Origin: an uncultured Lacinutrix sp.
GTDB taxonomy: Bacteria > Bacteroidota > Bacteroidia > Flavobacteriales > Flavobacteriaceae
NCBI GenBank assembly: GCA_937129145.1
Contig: CAKZMU010000009.1
Coordinates: 80,551 to 144,550 of the forward strand
Direction of reading: 5' to 3'
DNA length: 64,000 nucleotides
Positions 1-10,482 of this stretch are shown here, piece by piece; position 1 is the stretch's first letter; every line of letters begins with the position of its first letter. The notes under the pieces are model-generated. The model saw only the letters and a program-made list of their open reading frames with translations. It ran no database searches and was not told the origin of the DNA. The position numbers and the translations under genes were made by a program.

Positions 1-537
1 AGTGAGTATGGTGCTCCAGGAGTGATTATTACCACGCCTAAAGTACTCGAACGTAAACCTAACAATATTCCAGAGCATTTAAAAACCCAAATGCAGGTCG
101 CTACTTTTGGCTATGGTAATGCAAATACCAATTTCGATATATTGGTTATTTCTAAAAAAATGGCATCAACAGAGCCTCCAGGAGGTCATGACCAAGAGCA
201 AACCAAAGAAGACGAAAACAAAATAGACCTTATTCAAGTAGCAGAGGCGCACCTTAAAAACTTTGAGAGTAGAGGCGTAAAAAATATTATCATAAAAAAT
301 GAACAGTTTATAACACCAAATGGTCAAGAAGGTTTAAAAACCTACGGAACTGGCGATTTTGTTACCGAAAACGGAAACGAAGAAAGGGGTAAATATGTCA
401 TTCTTGGCTTTACAACTGAAAATTTATTGCAAGAAGTAATTTTAGTTTGGAAAGAAGACGATGTATATGCCGACCAAATTATGGAGCGTGTTTTAAATTC
501 CATAGAATTAATTAAACTAGAAGAAGACGAAGAATAA
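1..537 (+). CDS. hypothetical protein, 5'-partial (frame is open to the window edge), immediately upstream of batA
   Basis: The reading frame is open from base 1 with no stop before 537. Its stop overlaps the batA start (TAATG). I recognise no motif. Confidence 0.5.
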   Translation, partial: SEYGAPGVIITTPKVLERKPNNIPEHLKTQMQVATFGYGNANTNFDILVISKKMASTEPPGGHDQEQTKEDENKIDLIQVAEAHLKNFESRGVKNIIIKNEQFITPNGQEGLKTYGTGDFVTENGNEERGKYVILGFTTENLLQEVILVWKEDDVYADQIMERVLNSIELIKLEEDEE

Positions 538-1544
538 TGCTAGAAGGAATAGACTTTTTAAATAAACAGATGTTTTGGGCATTCTTAACAATACCCTTAG
601 CAATTCTTTGGTATGTTTTTAAGCACAAAAAACAAATAGCAGAGTTTAAAATTTCTAGTATCAAAGGGTTCAAAACAGGAAGCTCATTATTGCCAAAATT
701 AAAACATGCTTTGTTCTTTTTACGATTGCTTGCTTTAGCATTATTAATTACAGCTTTGGCAAGACCACAAACGGTTGATGTATCCACAAAAACAAAAACC
801 ACCCGAGGAATAGATATCGTTATGGCAATAGATGTATCTGCAAGTATGCTCGCCAAAGATTTAAAACCAAACCGACTGGAAGCCTTAAAAAATGTAGCTG
901 CCGAATTTATTAACGGAAGACCCAACGACAGGATTGGACTCGTAGAATACGCTGGAGAAAGCTATACAAAAACACCAATTACAAGCGATAAATCTATTGT
1001 ATTACGCTCTTTAAGAGACATTAAGTACAATACTATTATAGATGGAGGTACTGCCATTGGTATGGGATTAGCAACTGCTGTAAATAGAATTAAAGACAGT
1101 AAAGCAAAAAGTAAAATCATTATTTTATTAACAGATGGTGTCAATAATGCAGGGTTTATAGACCCAAATACTGCAAGCGAATTAGCTCTTGAATATGGCA
1201 TAAAAACTTATACTATTGGCTTGGGAACAAACGGTATGGCATTGTCGCCAATTGCTCAAAGCCAAACAACTGGACAATTTCAATATGGTAGAATTCAAGT
1301 AGAAATTGACGAAGAGCTGCTAAAAGAAATAGCAAATGTTACTGGAGGACAATATTTTAGAGCGACTGATAATAGAAAATTAAAAGAAATCTATAAGGAG
1401 ATTGACAAATTAGAAAAAACAGATGTTGAGGAGTTTAAATTCTATAATTACGAAGAAAAATATAGGCCATTGGTGCTGTTCGCTGGTATATTGTTGCTCA
1501 TAGAATTATTATTACGATTTACAATTTTTAGAAGCTTTGTATAA
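537..1544 (+). CDS. batA: VWA domain protein BatA (aerotolerance operon)
   Basis: N-terminal TM helices, a von Willebrand A MIDAS-like motif (DVSASM ... LLTDGVNN), a C-terminal TM helix, and position at the head of the batA-E gene order. Confidence 0.85.
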   Translation: MLEGIDFLNKQMFWAFLTIPLAILWYVFKHKKQIAEFKISSIKGFKTGSSLLPKLKHALFFLRLLALALLITALARPQTVDVSTKTKTTRGIDIVMAIDVSASMLAKDLKPNRLEALKNVAAEFINGRPNDRIGLVEYAGESYTKTPITSDKSIVLRSLRDIKYNTIIDGGTAIGMGLATAVNRIKDSKAKSKIIILLTDGVNNAGFIDPNTASELALEYGIKTYTIGLGTNGMALSPIAQSQTTGQFQYGRIQVEIDEELLKEIANVTGGQYFRATDNRKLKEIYKEIDKLEKTDVEEFKFYNYEEKYRPLVLFAGILLLIELLLRFTIFRSFV

Positions 1545-2582
1545 ATGTTTCAATTAGAAGAAAAAATATGGTTTTGGCTACTACTTATCATTCCTGTGAT
1601 AGTGGTTCTCTTTTTGGTGCTTCAAATTTGGAAACGACACGTGCAAAAAAAGTTTGCAAACGACCATTTATTAAAGCGATTAAGCCCAAACAAATCAACG
1701 TTTAAATCGGTATTAAAAGTTATTGTTTTATGTTTAGCTTTTGCGTGTTTAACCATTGCGATGGTAAACCCTAAAATAGGCACTAAATTAGAAACCATAA
1801 AACGTGAAGGCGTTGATATTGTGTTCGCAGTCGATGTGTCTAAAAGTATGCTAGCTGAAGATATCGCTCCAAACCGACTAGAAAAATCAAAACAATTAGT
1901 CACTCAAATAATTAACAATCTAGCGAGTGATAGAATAGGAATTATTGCATACGCAGGAAAAGCATTTCCGCAGTTACCAATTACTACCGATTACGCGTCT
2001 GCAAAAATGTTTCTACAAAGCATGAATACCGATATGCTGTCATCACAAGGAACAGCAATAGACGAAGCCATTCAACTTGCAAAAACCTATTACGATGATG
2101 AGGAGCAAACCAATAGGGTGCTTATTATTATTTCTGATGGTGAAGACCATAGCAATATTGCCACTTCAATAGCTCAAGAAGCAAGCGATGAAGGCATTAA
2201 AATATTCACGATTGGTGTAGGCGAAACCAAAGGCGCTCCAATACCTATTAAACGAAACGGCATTGTTCTTAATTATAAGAAAGACAATCAAGGAGAAACC
2301 GTTGTTACCAAGCTCAATGAAGAAACATTAATTGATATTGCGAAAGAGGCAAACGGACAATATATTAACGGAAATAATACTGCCGAAGTGGTTGAAATCA
2401 TCCGGGATATTTTAAACAATATGGATAAAAAGGAGTTTGAAGCGAAGCAATTTGCAGAGTATAAAGACCAATTTCAATGGTTTTTGGGCTTAGGAATTTT
2501 CTTTTTACTCATAGACATATTTTTACTTGAACGTAAAACAGCATGGTTAAACCGTTTAAATTTATTTAACGAAAACTTATGA
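1545..2582 (+). CDS. batB: VWA domain protein BatB
   Basis: Second VWA protein (DVSKSM ... ISDGEDH) with N- and C-terminal TM helices, abutting batA. Confidence 0.85.
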   Translation: MFQLEEKIWFWLLLIIPVIVVLFLVLQIWKRHVQKKFANDHLLKRLSPNKSTFKSVLKVIVLCLAFACLTIAMVNPKIGTKLETIKREGVDIVFAVDVSKSMLAEDIAPNRLEKSKQLVTQIINNLASDRIGIIAYAGKAFPQLPITTDYASAKMFLQSMNTDMLSSQGTAIDEAIQLAKTYYDDEEQTNRVLIIISDGEDHSNIATSIAQEASDEGIKIFTIGVGETKGAPIPIKRNGIVLNYKKDNQGETVVTKLNEETLIDIAKEANGQYINGNNTAEVVEIIRDILNNMDKKEFEAKQFAEYKDQFQWFLGLGIFFLLIDIFLLERKTAWLNRLNLFNENL

Positions 2583-2647
2583 TTTTTTCACATAAAAAAG
2601 TAGTAATATTCGGTATGATTCATCAAACAGGGTCAAATCTATTTAAT

Positions 2648-3463
2648 ATGAAATACGTATTTGCATTTTTACTAACACTATCATTTTCTGTTGTTTTTGC
2701 ACAAGAAAAAGATAAAGCATTGCAAAAGTCCAACGATTTTGTCTATCAAGGTAATAGTTTGATTGAAGACGATTTTATTTCAGCAGAAAAAGAATACAGA
2801 AAAGCCATTTCAAAAAAACCGAGTAACGCTGTAGGTGCTTACAATTTAGGAAACGCCTATTACGAAACCAAAAACTTTGACGAAGCTTTATTGCGCCACA
2901 TAGAAGCTGCTAATGTTGCTAAAACCAAAGAAGAAAAGCACAGAGCATTTCACAATATTGGCAACACCTTAATGGAGCAAAAAAAGTGTAAAGAAGCGGT
3001 TGAGGCTTATAAAAACGCTTTAAGAAATAACCCAAGTGATGAAGAGTCCCGATACAATCTCGTAGTTGCTAAAGAATGTGCTGAACAACAGCAACAAAAC
3101 GAAGACGAGAACAAGGATAAGGACAAAAAAGACGAAGAGAAAGAAGACGAGAAGAAAGAGGATGAAGAAAAGAAGGACGATGGCGAAAAAGAAGATGAAA
3201 ACAAAGACGAAGGCGACCAAGATAAAAAAGATGGTGACCAAAAAGAAGATGAAGAAGGAAAGCCTAAAGACGATGAAAATCAGAAAAAAGATAGCGACCC
3301 TAAAAACCAGAAAGAAAAGCCACAACAGCAACCTGGAAAATTATCGCCTCAGCAAGTTAAAAACTTGTTAGAAGCCATGAATAATGAAGAGAAAAAGGTG
3401 CAACAAAAAATAAATGCTAAAAAAGCCAAAGGAAAGAAAGTAAAAGCCGAAAAAGATTGGTAA
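2648..3463 (+). CDS. batC: TPR protein BatC with an acidic/lysine-rich low-complexity tail
   Basis: The signal peptide starts at the internal ATG at 2648 (MKYVFAFLLTLSF). TPR-like repeats are followed by about 90 aa of K/E/D-rich sequence. The ORF-track start at 2579 is probably too early. Confidence 0.75.
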   Translation: MKYVFAFLLTLSFSVVFAQEKDKALQKSNDFVYQGNSLIEDDFISAEKEYRKAISKKPSNAVGAYNLGNAYYETKNFDEALLRHIEAANVAKTKEEKHRAFHNIGNTLMEQKKCKEAVEAYKNALRNNPSDEESRYNLVVAKECAEQQQQNEDENKDKDKKDEEKEDEKKEDEEKKDDGEKEDENKDEGDQDKKDGDQKEDEEGKPKDDENQKKDSDPKNQKEKPQQQPGKLSPQQVKNLLEAMNNEEKKVQQKINAKKAKGKKVKAEKDW

Positions 3464-3465
3464 AA

Positions 3466-5232
3466 ATGAAGTCTAAGCTCCTTATAATTACATTCTTAAT
3501 TACCTGTTTTGCTTCAGCACAAGTTACTTTTGAAGCGAAAGTCAGCAAGAAAAAATTAGGCATAAACGAGCGTTTACGCATTGATTTTGTGATGAATAAG
3601 GATGGCGATAACTTCACGCCACCTAGTTTTGAAAATTTTACTATTGTGGGTGGACCAAGTCAAACCATAAGCACACAATGGCTAAACGGCGTTAAAAAAT
3701 CTTCAAAAACGTTTAGCTACTTCTTAGCACCAAAAAAAAGAGGAAAATTCACTATTGGTCAATCTACTATAGAAATTGATGGTGAAATCTACAAAACAGT
3801 CCCTGTTACTATAGAGGTGACTGCTGCTATAGACAAACCAAAAGACCCTAACGACCCTAATTATATTGCTTCCCAAAGCATCCATTTGGTTGCCGAAGTC
3901 TCTAAAACCAATCCTTATTTAAACGAGGCTATTACAGTAGTTTACAAGCTCTATATTTCGCCAAATACAGGCGTTGAAACATGGCGAGAACTGGACAATC
4001 CTAGATATACCGATTTTTGGAGTCAGAATATAAATGTAAAAGAATTAAAGCTAATCCCAAGTAAATATAAAGGTGAAGATTATAGATATGTAGTATTAAG
4101 AAAAACTGTGTTATACCCTCAAAAAACAGGGAAGTTAAATATTGAACCTTTAACTTTAGATGTTAAAGTACAAGTGCCAACCAATAGACGTGATATTTTT
4201 GGAAGTAGGATGGTGAAAATGGTAAGTCGTACGGTTGCAGCAGGCAATAGAACAATTAATGTAAAGCCATTACCTGAAGCTGGGAAGCCATTGGGTTTTT
4301 CAGGAGCTGTTGGGGATTTTGACTTTGAGGTATCTACAAATAAAAGTAAGTTAAAAGCGACCGAGGCATTACAAGCTACAATAAAAGTATCTGGGAAAGG
4401 GAATTTAAAATTGTTTGAGCTTCCTAAATTAACATTGCCAAGTTCATTGGAAGTGTATGAACCAGAACACAGCGAAAAAGTATCCACAAACTTATCGGGA
4501 ATGCAAGGTCAAATAGCCGATAATTATACCATAGTACCTTCCTTTCAAGGAAAATACCCAATACCAAGTGTGTCGTTTTCATATTTTGACTTAAAAACGA
4601 AAAGGTATAAAACAATCACATCAGACGAAATTGTTATAAATGTCAACGAAGGTCCAATTAACAATAGTGCTGAACGCAACGACAATAATTCAAACCTTAC
4701 AAAGCAGCCTATTACGCAATCTGGAGGACAATTTCTATCGTTTAAAACAACAACAAAGTTCATTCCTAAAGAATCTTCGTATTTCTTTAAATCACGATTA
4801 TTTTGGATATTGTTGTTAGTGCCTTTTTTAATGATACCGCTGGCAATTTTCTTAAGACATAAAAAAGAAGAAAGAGACGGTGATGTTGTTGGAAACAAGA
4901 TTAGAGCAGCCAATAAATTAGCACGCAAATACTTGGGTGAGGCTAAAAAATCTTTAGGCAATAAAGAACAGTTTTATAACGCATTGGAACGTGCTTTACA
5001 TAATTATCTAAAAGCCAAACTGAATATTGAAACGAGTGACTTTAGTAAAGATAAAATTGAAGATTTATTAGCGAATAAATCTGTAAATAAAGATTCTATA
5101 GCAGAGTTTATTGATTTATTAAAAAGTTGCGAATTGGCTAGATATACGCCATTTACAAATGTAGAAATGCAACAGGATTATACTAAGGCATCACAAGTAA
5201 TATCTATTATTGACAAACAAATAAGACGATAA
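3466..5232 (+). CDS. batD: BatD oxygen-tolerance protein
   Basis: About 588 aa with a signal peptide, a late TM helix (LFWILLLVPFLMIPLAIFL) and a position after batC, which is the typical BatD architecture. ATG at 3466 is preferred over TTG at 3457. Confidence 0.8.
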   Translation: MKSKLLIITFLITCFASAQVTFEAKVSKKKLGINERLRIDFVMNKDGDNFTPPSFENFTIVGGPSQTISTQWLNGVKKSSKTFSYFLAPKKRGKFTIGQSTIEIDGEIYKTVPVTIEVTAAIDKPKDPNDPNYIASQSIHLVAEVSKTNPYLNEAITVVYKLYISPNTGVETWRELDNPRYTDFWSQNINVKELKLIPSKYKGEDYRYVVLRKTVLYPQKTGKLNIEPLTLDVKVQVPTNRRDIFGSRMVKMVSRTVAAGNRTINVKPLPEAGKPLGFSGAVGDFDFEVSTNKSKLKATEALQATIKVSGKGNLKLFELPKLTLPSSLEVYEPEHSEKVSTNLSGMQGQIADNYTIVPSFQGKYPIPSVSFSYFDLKTKRYKTITSDEIVINVNEGPINNSAERNDNNSNLTKQPITQSGGQFLSFKTTTKFIPKESSYFFKSRLFWILLLVPFLMIPLAIFLRHKKEERDGDVVGNKIRAANKLARKYLGEAKKSLGNKEQFYNALERALHNYLKAKLNIETSDFSKDKIEDLLANKSVNKDSIAEFIDLLKSCELARYTPFTNVEMQQDYTKASQVISIIDKQIRR

Positions 5233-5233
5233 T

Positions 5234-5995
5234 ATGAAGAAGATATTATACATACTAACAATTTTATTATGTACTTCTCTAGGTGCTCAAAATAACGTAT
5301 TGTTTGATGCTGGAAACAAAGCCTATAACGAAGGTGACTATCAAGAAGCTATTAATAGTTATGAAAGAATTTTAAACCAAGGCGTACATTCAAGCGAATT
5401 GTATTTTAACCTAGGCAATGCTTACTATAAACTTAATAGAATTGCACCAAGCATTTACTATTATGAAAAAGCCCTACAACTATCACCCAAAAACAAAGAC
5501 GTTAAAGCTAATTTGAGTTTTGCTAAAAACATGACCATAGACGCTATTGAAACTGTGCCAGAAATTGGGTTGTCGAGGATAAGTAAAAGCATTATAAACG
5601 CCTTTAGTTTTGATGCTTGGGCAATGTTTTCGGTAGGATTGGTTATGGTTTTTGCAATTCTGTTTTTAGGCTATTATTTTTCAAGCGCAACCTCTAAAAA
5701 GCGACTGGCTTTTATTGTGAGTTCATCGGCTATTATATTAGCTATTGTTTGTTTGTTTTTTGCCTATCAAAAATATAAATATGTACAAAAAGATAAACCA
5801 GCCATAGTTTTTGCTAAAGAAACCGATATTAAAACAGACCCAAATTTAAGAAGTGAAGTGGCCTTTACACTTCACGAAGGCACCAAAGTTCAGGTTTTGG
5901 AAACCTATGATGAAAATTGGACCAAAATAAAACTGGCAGATGGAAAAACAGGCTGGATTCCAACGGAAGATATTAAGCTGTTGAACAATATTTAA
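5234..5995 (+). CDS. batE: BatE: TPR plus C-terminal SH3-like domain protein
   Basis: Signal peptide, TPR repeats, two TM helices and a C-terminal SH3b-like segment (WTKIKLADGKTGWIPTEDI). It is the last gene of the bat cluster. Confidence 0.75.
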   Translation: MKKILYILTILLCTSLGAQNNVLFDAGNKAYNEGDYQEAINSYERILNQGVHSSELYFNLGNAYYKLNRIAPSIYYYEKALQLSPKNKDVKANLSFAKNMTIDAIETVPEIGLSRISKSIINAFSFDAWAMFSVGLVMVFAILFLGYYFSSATSKKRLAFIVSSSAIILAIVCLFFAYQKYKYVQKDKPAIVFAKETDIKTDPNLRSEVAFTLHEGTKVQVLETYDENWTKIKLADGKTGWIPTEDIKLLNNI

Positions 5996-6055
5996 TATTT
6001 CCTTAACAATTTTAACAAAATCAAAAAGTATATTTGCTTTTCAAAATTTTTTTGG

Positions 6056-6343
6056 ATGAACAAAAGTACTATTGCGCTTCTTTTTTCTATGTTATTTGTG
6101 GCCCTAATATCTGCGCCATCAATAATTAGTGCAGTAGATGATTCTGTTGATATATCCATACTGTACAGTATAACCGAAGAGGAAAATGAAAACATTAAAC
6201 TCACACTACCAGACAGTAAGCTCAAAGAAACAGATAATTTGTTTACAAATTCAAGTGACAAGCATTTAGTATATCGCAATAAAAAATATACTAAACCTCA
6301 CCTTAATTTAACCTTACCACCTCCAGAACAAAGTATTTTATAA
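6056..6343 (+). CDS. small hypothetical secreted/membrane protein
   Basis: 95-aa ORF with an N-terminal hydrophobic signal-like segment. No recognisable domain. Confidence 0.35.
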   Translation: MNKSTIALLFSMLFVALISAPSIISAVDDSVDISILYSITEEENENIKLTLPDSKLKETDNLFTNSSDKHLVYRNKKYTKPHLNLTLPPPEQSIL

Positions 6344-6469
6344 GCGGCTACACAAGGCTTCTAAGCCTGTGGCAGTTTGTCTAATAGAGAATCTATTAGT
6401 TGAAAAATAAATTATAGCTGTGTATTTTAGATATAACAGCCATAAAATTTTTAAATAAAATACTAAGTT

Positions 6470-7150
6470 TTGAAAAAAACAAGAACACATTTAAAATCAA
6501 AAATTACATTGTTGGTCTTTGCACTAACATTGCCTTTCATTGGGTTTAGTCAGGATAGTAATTTTGGAAATTGGTTAATTTACATTGGGAATAAAAAACT
6601 AAACTCCAAATGGAATATCCATAACGAAGTTCAGTACAGAAACTATAATGCTGTAGGAGATTTAGAGCAATTATTACTTCGTACAGGATTAGGTTACAAT
6701 ATTTCTAGCAAAGACAATATCTTGTTAGGATATGGTTATATCCTATCTGAAAACTATATAGGAAATACGGATGATAAAGCATCAGTTAACGAACATCGTA
6801 TATTTCAACAATTTACAACCAAACAAAATATTGGTAAGGTAAAGTTGAGTCATCGTTACCGTTTTGAACAACGTTTTGTTGAAGACGATTTTAAATTGCG
6901 ATTCCGTTATTTTTTAAGCCTTAATGTTCCCTTAAAAACAAATGATTCAGGAACAAGTCCGTTTTACCTTTCAGCTTACAATGAAATTTTCCTAAACTCC
7001 AAAAGCAGTATTTTTGACAGAAATCGTGTCTATGGAGGATTAGGATATAATGTCAATAAAAATGTAAGGGTTGAATTAGGCTATATGAACCAATTTTTTG
7101 AAACAACTAGTAGAGACCAATTAAATTTAATAACGTTTGTTACTTTTTAA
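6470..7150 (+). CDS. DUF2490-like outer-membrane beta-barrel protein
   Basis: Signal peptide, alternating aromatic/polar beta-strand pattern and a terminal F (ITFVTF). It resembles the DUF2490 family, which is often found near anion transporters. Confidence 0.55.
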   Translation: MKKTRTHLKSKITLLVFALTLPFIGFSQDSNFGNWLIYIGNKKLNSKWNIHNEVQYRNYNAVGDLEQLLLRTGLGYNISSKDNILLGYGYILSENYIGNTDDKASVNEHRIFQQFTTKQNIGKVKLSHRYRFEQRFVEDDFKLRFRYFLSLNVPLKTNDSGTSPFYLSAYNEIFLNSKSSIFDRNRVYGGLGYNVNKNVRVELGYMNQFFETTSRDQLNLITFVTF

Positions 7151-7183
7151 AAAATGTTTAAGTAACAATAAAAACCACTAACC

Positions 7184-9046
7184 ATGAAAAATCTATTTTC
7201 GAATTTAAGAGGTGATATTTTTGGAGGTGTTACAGCAGGGATTGTAGCATTACCTTTAGCATTAGCCTTTGGTGTATCCTCAGGATTAGGTCCAAGCGCT
7301 GGATTATATGGCGCAATTTTTATTAGCTTTTTTGCTGCACTTTTTGGAGGAACAAATACTCAAATTTCTGGACCAACTGCACCTATGACAGCCGTAAGTA
7401 TGGTTGTTATTGCAGGTGTTATTGCTGTAAACGATGGCGATGTTGAAAAAGCACTTCCAGCTATATTAACAGTATTTATTTTAGCAGGATTAATGCAAAT
7501 AGGTCTTGGTGCTTTAGGGCTTGGTAAGTATATTAGGTACATCCCTTATCCTGTTGTATCTGGATTTATGACAGCTATTGGAGTCATAATTTTAGTCACT
7601 CAAATTTTACCATCTTTAGGGTATTATCCAAAAGACGATGTGGAGTTTGTTGAGAGCTTCAAACCAGTAGCTGAAGAGTTAATATTGGAAAACATCCTAA
7701 AAGAAGAAGCGGGAGAAGGCATTTTGGTGCTTGAAGATTTTAAAGAAACAATTGACAGAGCTGAAAAAGTAACACCAAACCAAATACTCAAAGAATCTCA
7801 AACTCTAGCAGCTAAGGATGCGTCTGGTGTAATGGGAGCATTTAAAGTATTACCAAGAGCCTTACAAAATATTAATTGGCTTGAACTACTACTGGCTCTC
7901 GGTACTATATTTATCATTTATGGGTTTAAACGAATCACAAAAGCAGTTCCAAGCACATTGGTCGCATTGGTTGTAATGACCTCGATTGCCATTGGATTTA
8001 GTCTTAATTATCAGCCAATCGAAAGAATACCTGAAGGATTACCAACTATTAAAACTGAAATCTTCACCCAATTTAGCTTAGGCTCTATAACACCATATAT
8101 ATTTACAGCATTGACACTAGCACTATTGGGTGCAATCGATTCTCTATTAACTAGCGTTGTTGCCGATAATATGACAAAGACTAAACACAAACCTAATAAA
8201 GAATTAGTAGGTCAAGGAATTGGAAATACCATAGGCGCATTATTTGGAGGAATTCCTGGAGCTGGAGCTACAATTCGTACTGTAGTTAATATTAATTCTG
8301 GGGGGAAAACTAAGTTGTCAGGAATGATAGCTGGAATTATGTTGTTAATAATTCTATTGGCTTTAGCACCATTGGCATCAAAAATTCCTGCAGCAGTTTT
8401 AGCTGGAATTTTAATTACTGTTGGGATAGGTGTGATGGATTATAAAGGGCTAAGGGCTATTCCTGCTTTACCAAAAGATATAAAAGTAGGGCCTCTAAAA
8501 TTAAGCTCAGAAGTAGTCGTAATGCTAATCGTATTATTATTATCTACTTTTTGGAATTTAGTATTTGCTGTTGGAATTGGATTGGTAATTGCGTCATTAA
8601 TGTTTATGAAGAAAATTGGTGATTTAACCGCCGAACGTAGTGATGTGAAACCGCTAAAAGAAGAAGCTTGGAAAGATGAAATAGGATTCCCAGAAAACCT
8701 TAAAGAAGAAGTGTTTATCAAGCACCTTAAAGGGCCTTTGTTTTTTGGTTCCACAAGTGAATTCCAAAATCTTACTTTACAAATCCCAGATACCGCAAGT
8801 ACAGTAATCATGAGATTAGGCCGTATGCAGTATATGGACCAATCTGGATTATATGCCATGGAAGATATGCTTCAGGCACTACAAACTAAAGGTGTGGAAG
8901 TGTTGTTTGTAAATCTATTACAACAACCACGCTATATGATGGAACGAATTGATATTATTCCAGATTTTATTCCAGAAGAGCACATTTTCAATAGCTTTGA
9001 TGACTGTGCAAGCTGGGTTAAAGAAAACGTAAAAGACACGCATTAA
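7184..9046 (+). CDS. SulP family anion (sulfate/bicarbonate) transporter with C-terminal STAS domain
   Basis: 620 aa. The polytopic N-terminal part has SulP-type glycine-rich helices, and the C-terminal roughly 130 aa form a soluble STAS-like domain. Confidence 0.85.
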   Translation: MKNLFSNLRGDIFGGVTAGIVALPLALAFGVSSGLGPSAGLYGAIFISFFAALFGGTNTQISGPTAPMTAVSMVVIAGVIAVNDGDVEKALPAILTVFILAGLMQIGLGALGLGKYIRYIPYPVVSGFMTAIGVIILVTQILPSLGYYPKDDVEFVESFKPVAEELILENILKEEAGEGILVLEDFKETIDRAEKVTPNQILKESQTLAAKDASGVMGAFKVLPRALQNINWLELLLALGTIFIIYGFKRITKAVPSTLVALVVMTSIAIGFSLNYQPIERIPEGLPTIKTEIFTQFSLGSITPYIFTALTLALLGAIDSLLTSVVADNMTKTKHKPNKELVGQGIGNTIGALFGGIPGAGATIRTVVNINSGGKTKLSGMIAGIMLLIILLALAPLASKIPAAVLAGILITVGIGVMDYKGLRAIPALPKDIKVGPLKLSSEVVVMLIVLLLSTFWNLVFAVGIGLVIASLMFMKKIGDLTAERSDVKPLKEEAWKDEIGFPENLKEEVFIKHLKGPLFFGSTSEFQNLTLQIPDTASTVIMRLGRMQYMDQSGLYAMEDMLQALQTKGVEVLFVNLLQQPRYMMERIDIIPDFIPEEHIFNSFDDCASWVKENVKDTH

Positions 9047-9066
9047 AAACTTAAAAAATAAAAATC

Positions 9067-9699
9067 ATGATAAAAAATCAAGCAATTACAAAAGACGTAC
9101 AAGACCAATTAACGCCACAATCAGTATTAGCTGATTTAATGGAAGGAAACCAAAGATTTACTTCAGGAAACACTCAAAATGTAGATAATAAAGCATTGGT
9201 AGAACAAACCGTTGGAGGGCAATTTCCTAAAGCAGTTGTGCTATCTTGTATTGACTCAAGAGTACCAGTTGAAACTGTTCTAGACCAAGCCATTGGTGAT
9301 GTGTTTGTAGCTCGTGTCGCTGGAAATTTTGAAAACGTAGATATTCTAGGAAGTATGGAATATTCATGTAAAGTTGCAGGAAGTAAGTTGGTACTAGTAT
9401 TAGGTCACGAGGCTTGTGGTGCTGTAAAAGCAGCTTGCGATGGTGTTGAGCTAGGAAATATTACACATTTATTAAGTAATATTACTCCTGCTGTAAAGCA
9501 ATCGGCAGTTGAGGTTGAAGGTGAAGCAAACTCATCAAACAATGCCTTTGTTGCTAAAACAGTTGAGAACAACGTAAAACTAACTATGGACAGAATTAGA
9601 GAGAAAAGCCCAATTCTTAAAGAAATGGAGGATAATGGCGAGATTTCTATTGTTGGAGGTGTTTACATGTTATCTTCAGGGAAAGTAGAATTATTATAG
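9067..9699 (+). CDS. beta-class carbonic anhydrase
   Basis: Zinc ligand motifs CIDSRV and HEACGAV are present. Size is 210 aa. It lies directly downstream of the SulP gene. Confidence 0.85.
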   Translation: MIKNQAITKDVQDQLTPQSVLADLMEGNQRFTSGNTQNVDNKALVEQTVGGQFPKAVVLSCIDSRVPVETVLDQAIGDVFVARVAGNFENVDILGSMEYSCKVAGSKLVLVLGHEACGAVKAACDGVELGNITHLLSNITPAVKQSAVEVEGEANSSNNAFVAKTVENNVKLTMDRIREKSPILKEMEDNGEISIVGGVYMLSSGKVELL

Positions 9700-9713
9700 T
9701 TATTCTATAAGAC

Positions 9714-9742
9714 TAAAAAAGCCGCTTATAGCGGCTTTTTTT
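9714..9742. terminator. bidirectional rho-independent terminator between convergent genes
   Basis: The hairpin GCCGCTTATAGCGGC is flanked by an A-run upstream and a T-run downstream. Confidence 0.75.
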
Positions 9743-9759
9743 ATTGCTTAAAACTAATG

Positions 9760-10368
9760 TTACTTAGCCTCTGCGTAACGTCTTTCGATCTCATTCCAAT
9801 TAATTACATTAAAAAAAGCTTCAATATAATCTGGTCTGCGGTTTTGGTAATTTAAATAGTATGCGTGCTCCCAAACATCCAACCCTAAAATAGGTGTGCC
9901 TCCACAAGTTACTCCTGGCATTAATGGATTGTCTTGATTTGGTGTTGAGCAAACCTCAACTTTACCTCCTTTGTGTACACACAACCAAGCCCAACCTGAA
10001 CCAAATTGAGTCGCAGCTGCTTTACTAAAAGCTTCAATAAAGGCGTCTTTAGAACCGTAAGCTGCTTCAATCGCATCTTTTAATTCTCCAGATAAATAAC
10101 CTCTGTCTTCAGGGTTCATTACTTCCCAAAATAAAGAGTGGTTATAAAACCCTCCTCCATTATTTCTAACAGCGCCATTATTCATATCAAGATTAGTAAG
10201 AATATCTTCAATAGATTTTCCTTCTAAATCTGTTCCTGCAATCGCAGCATTCAGTTTTGTGGTATATCCATTGTGGTGTTTTGAGTGATGTATTTCCATC
10301 GTGCGTGCATCAATGTGAGGCTCTAAGGCATCATACGCATATTTTAATTTCGGTAATTCGAAAGCCAT
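9760..10368 (-). CDS. sodA: Fe/Mn superoxide dismutase
   Basis: [20 protein letters not shown] ... HHSKHH ... DVWEHAYYL are canonical Fe/Mn-SOD motifs. Confidence 0.93.
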   Translation of the reverse strand: MAFELPKLKYAYDALEPHIDARTMEIHHSKHHNGYTTKLNAAIAGTDLEGKSIEDILTNLDMNNGAVRNNGGGFYNHSLFWEVMNPEDRGYLSGELKDAIEAAYGSKDAFIEAFSKAAATQFGSGWAWLCVHKGGKVEVCSTPNQDNPLMPGVTCGGTPILGLDVWEHAYYLNYQNRRPDYIEAFFNVINWNEIERRYAEAK

Positions 10369-10482
10369 AATTTTAAGTTTTTATATTAATATTTATTTTC
10401 CTATCAAATTTACAATAATGCTTTAAGTTTTGTGTAATTAAGTTATTAAGTTTCCTTATTTTGGTATAAAAATTATCTTTTC

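Noticed and set aside
3007-3371. ORFs 3007-3204(-), 3020-3331(-) and 3066-3371(+) inside batC
   Set aside because: They are alternative-frame or antisense readings of the GA/AG-rich low-complexity region encoding the BatC K/E/D tail. Their translations are homopolymer-like (S/F-rich or K/R-rich).
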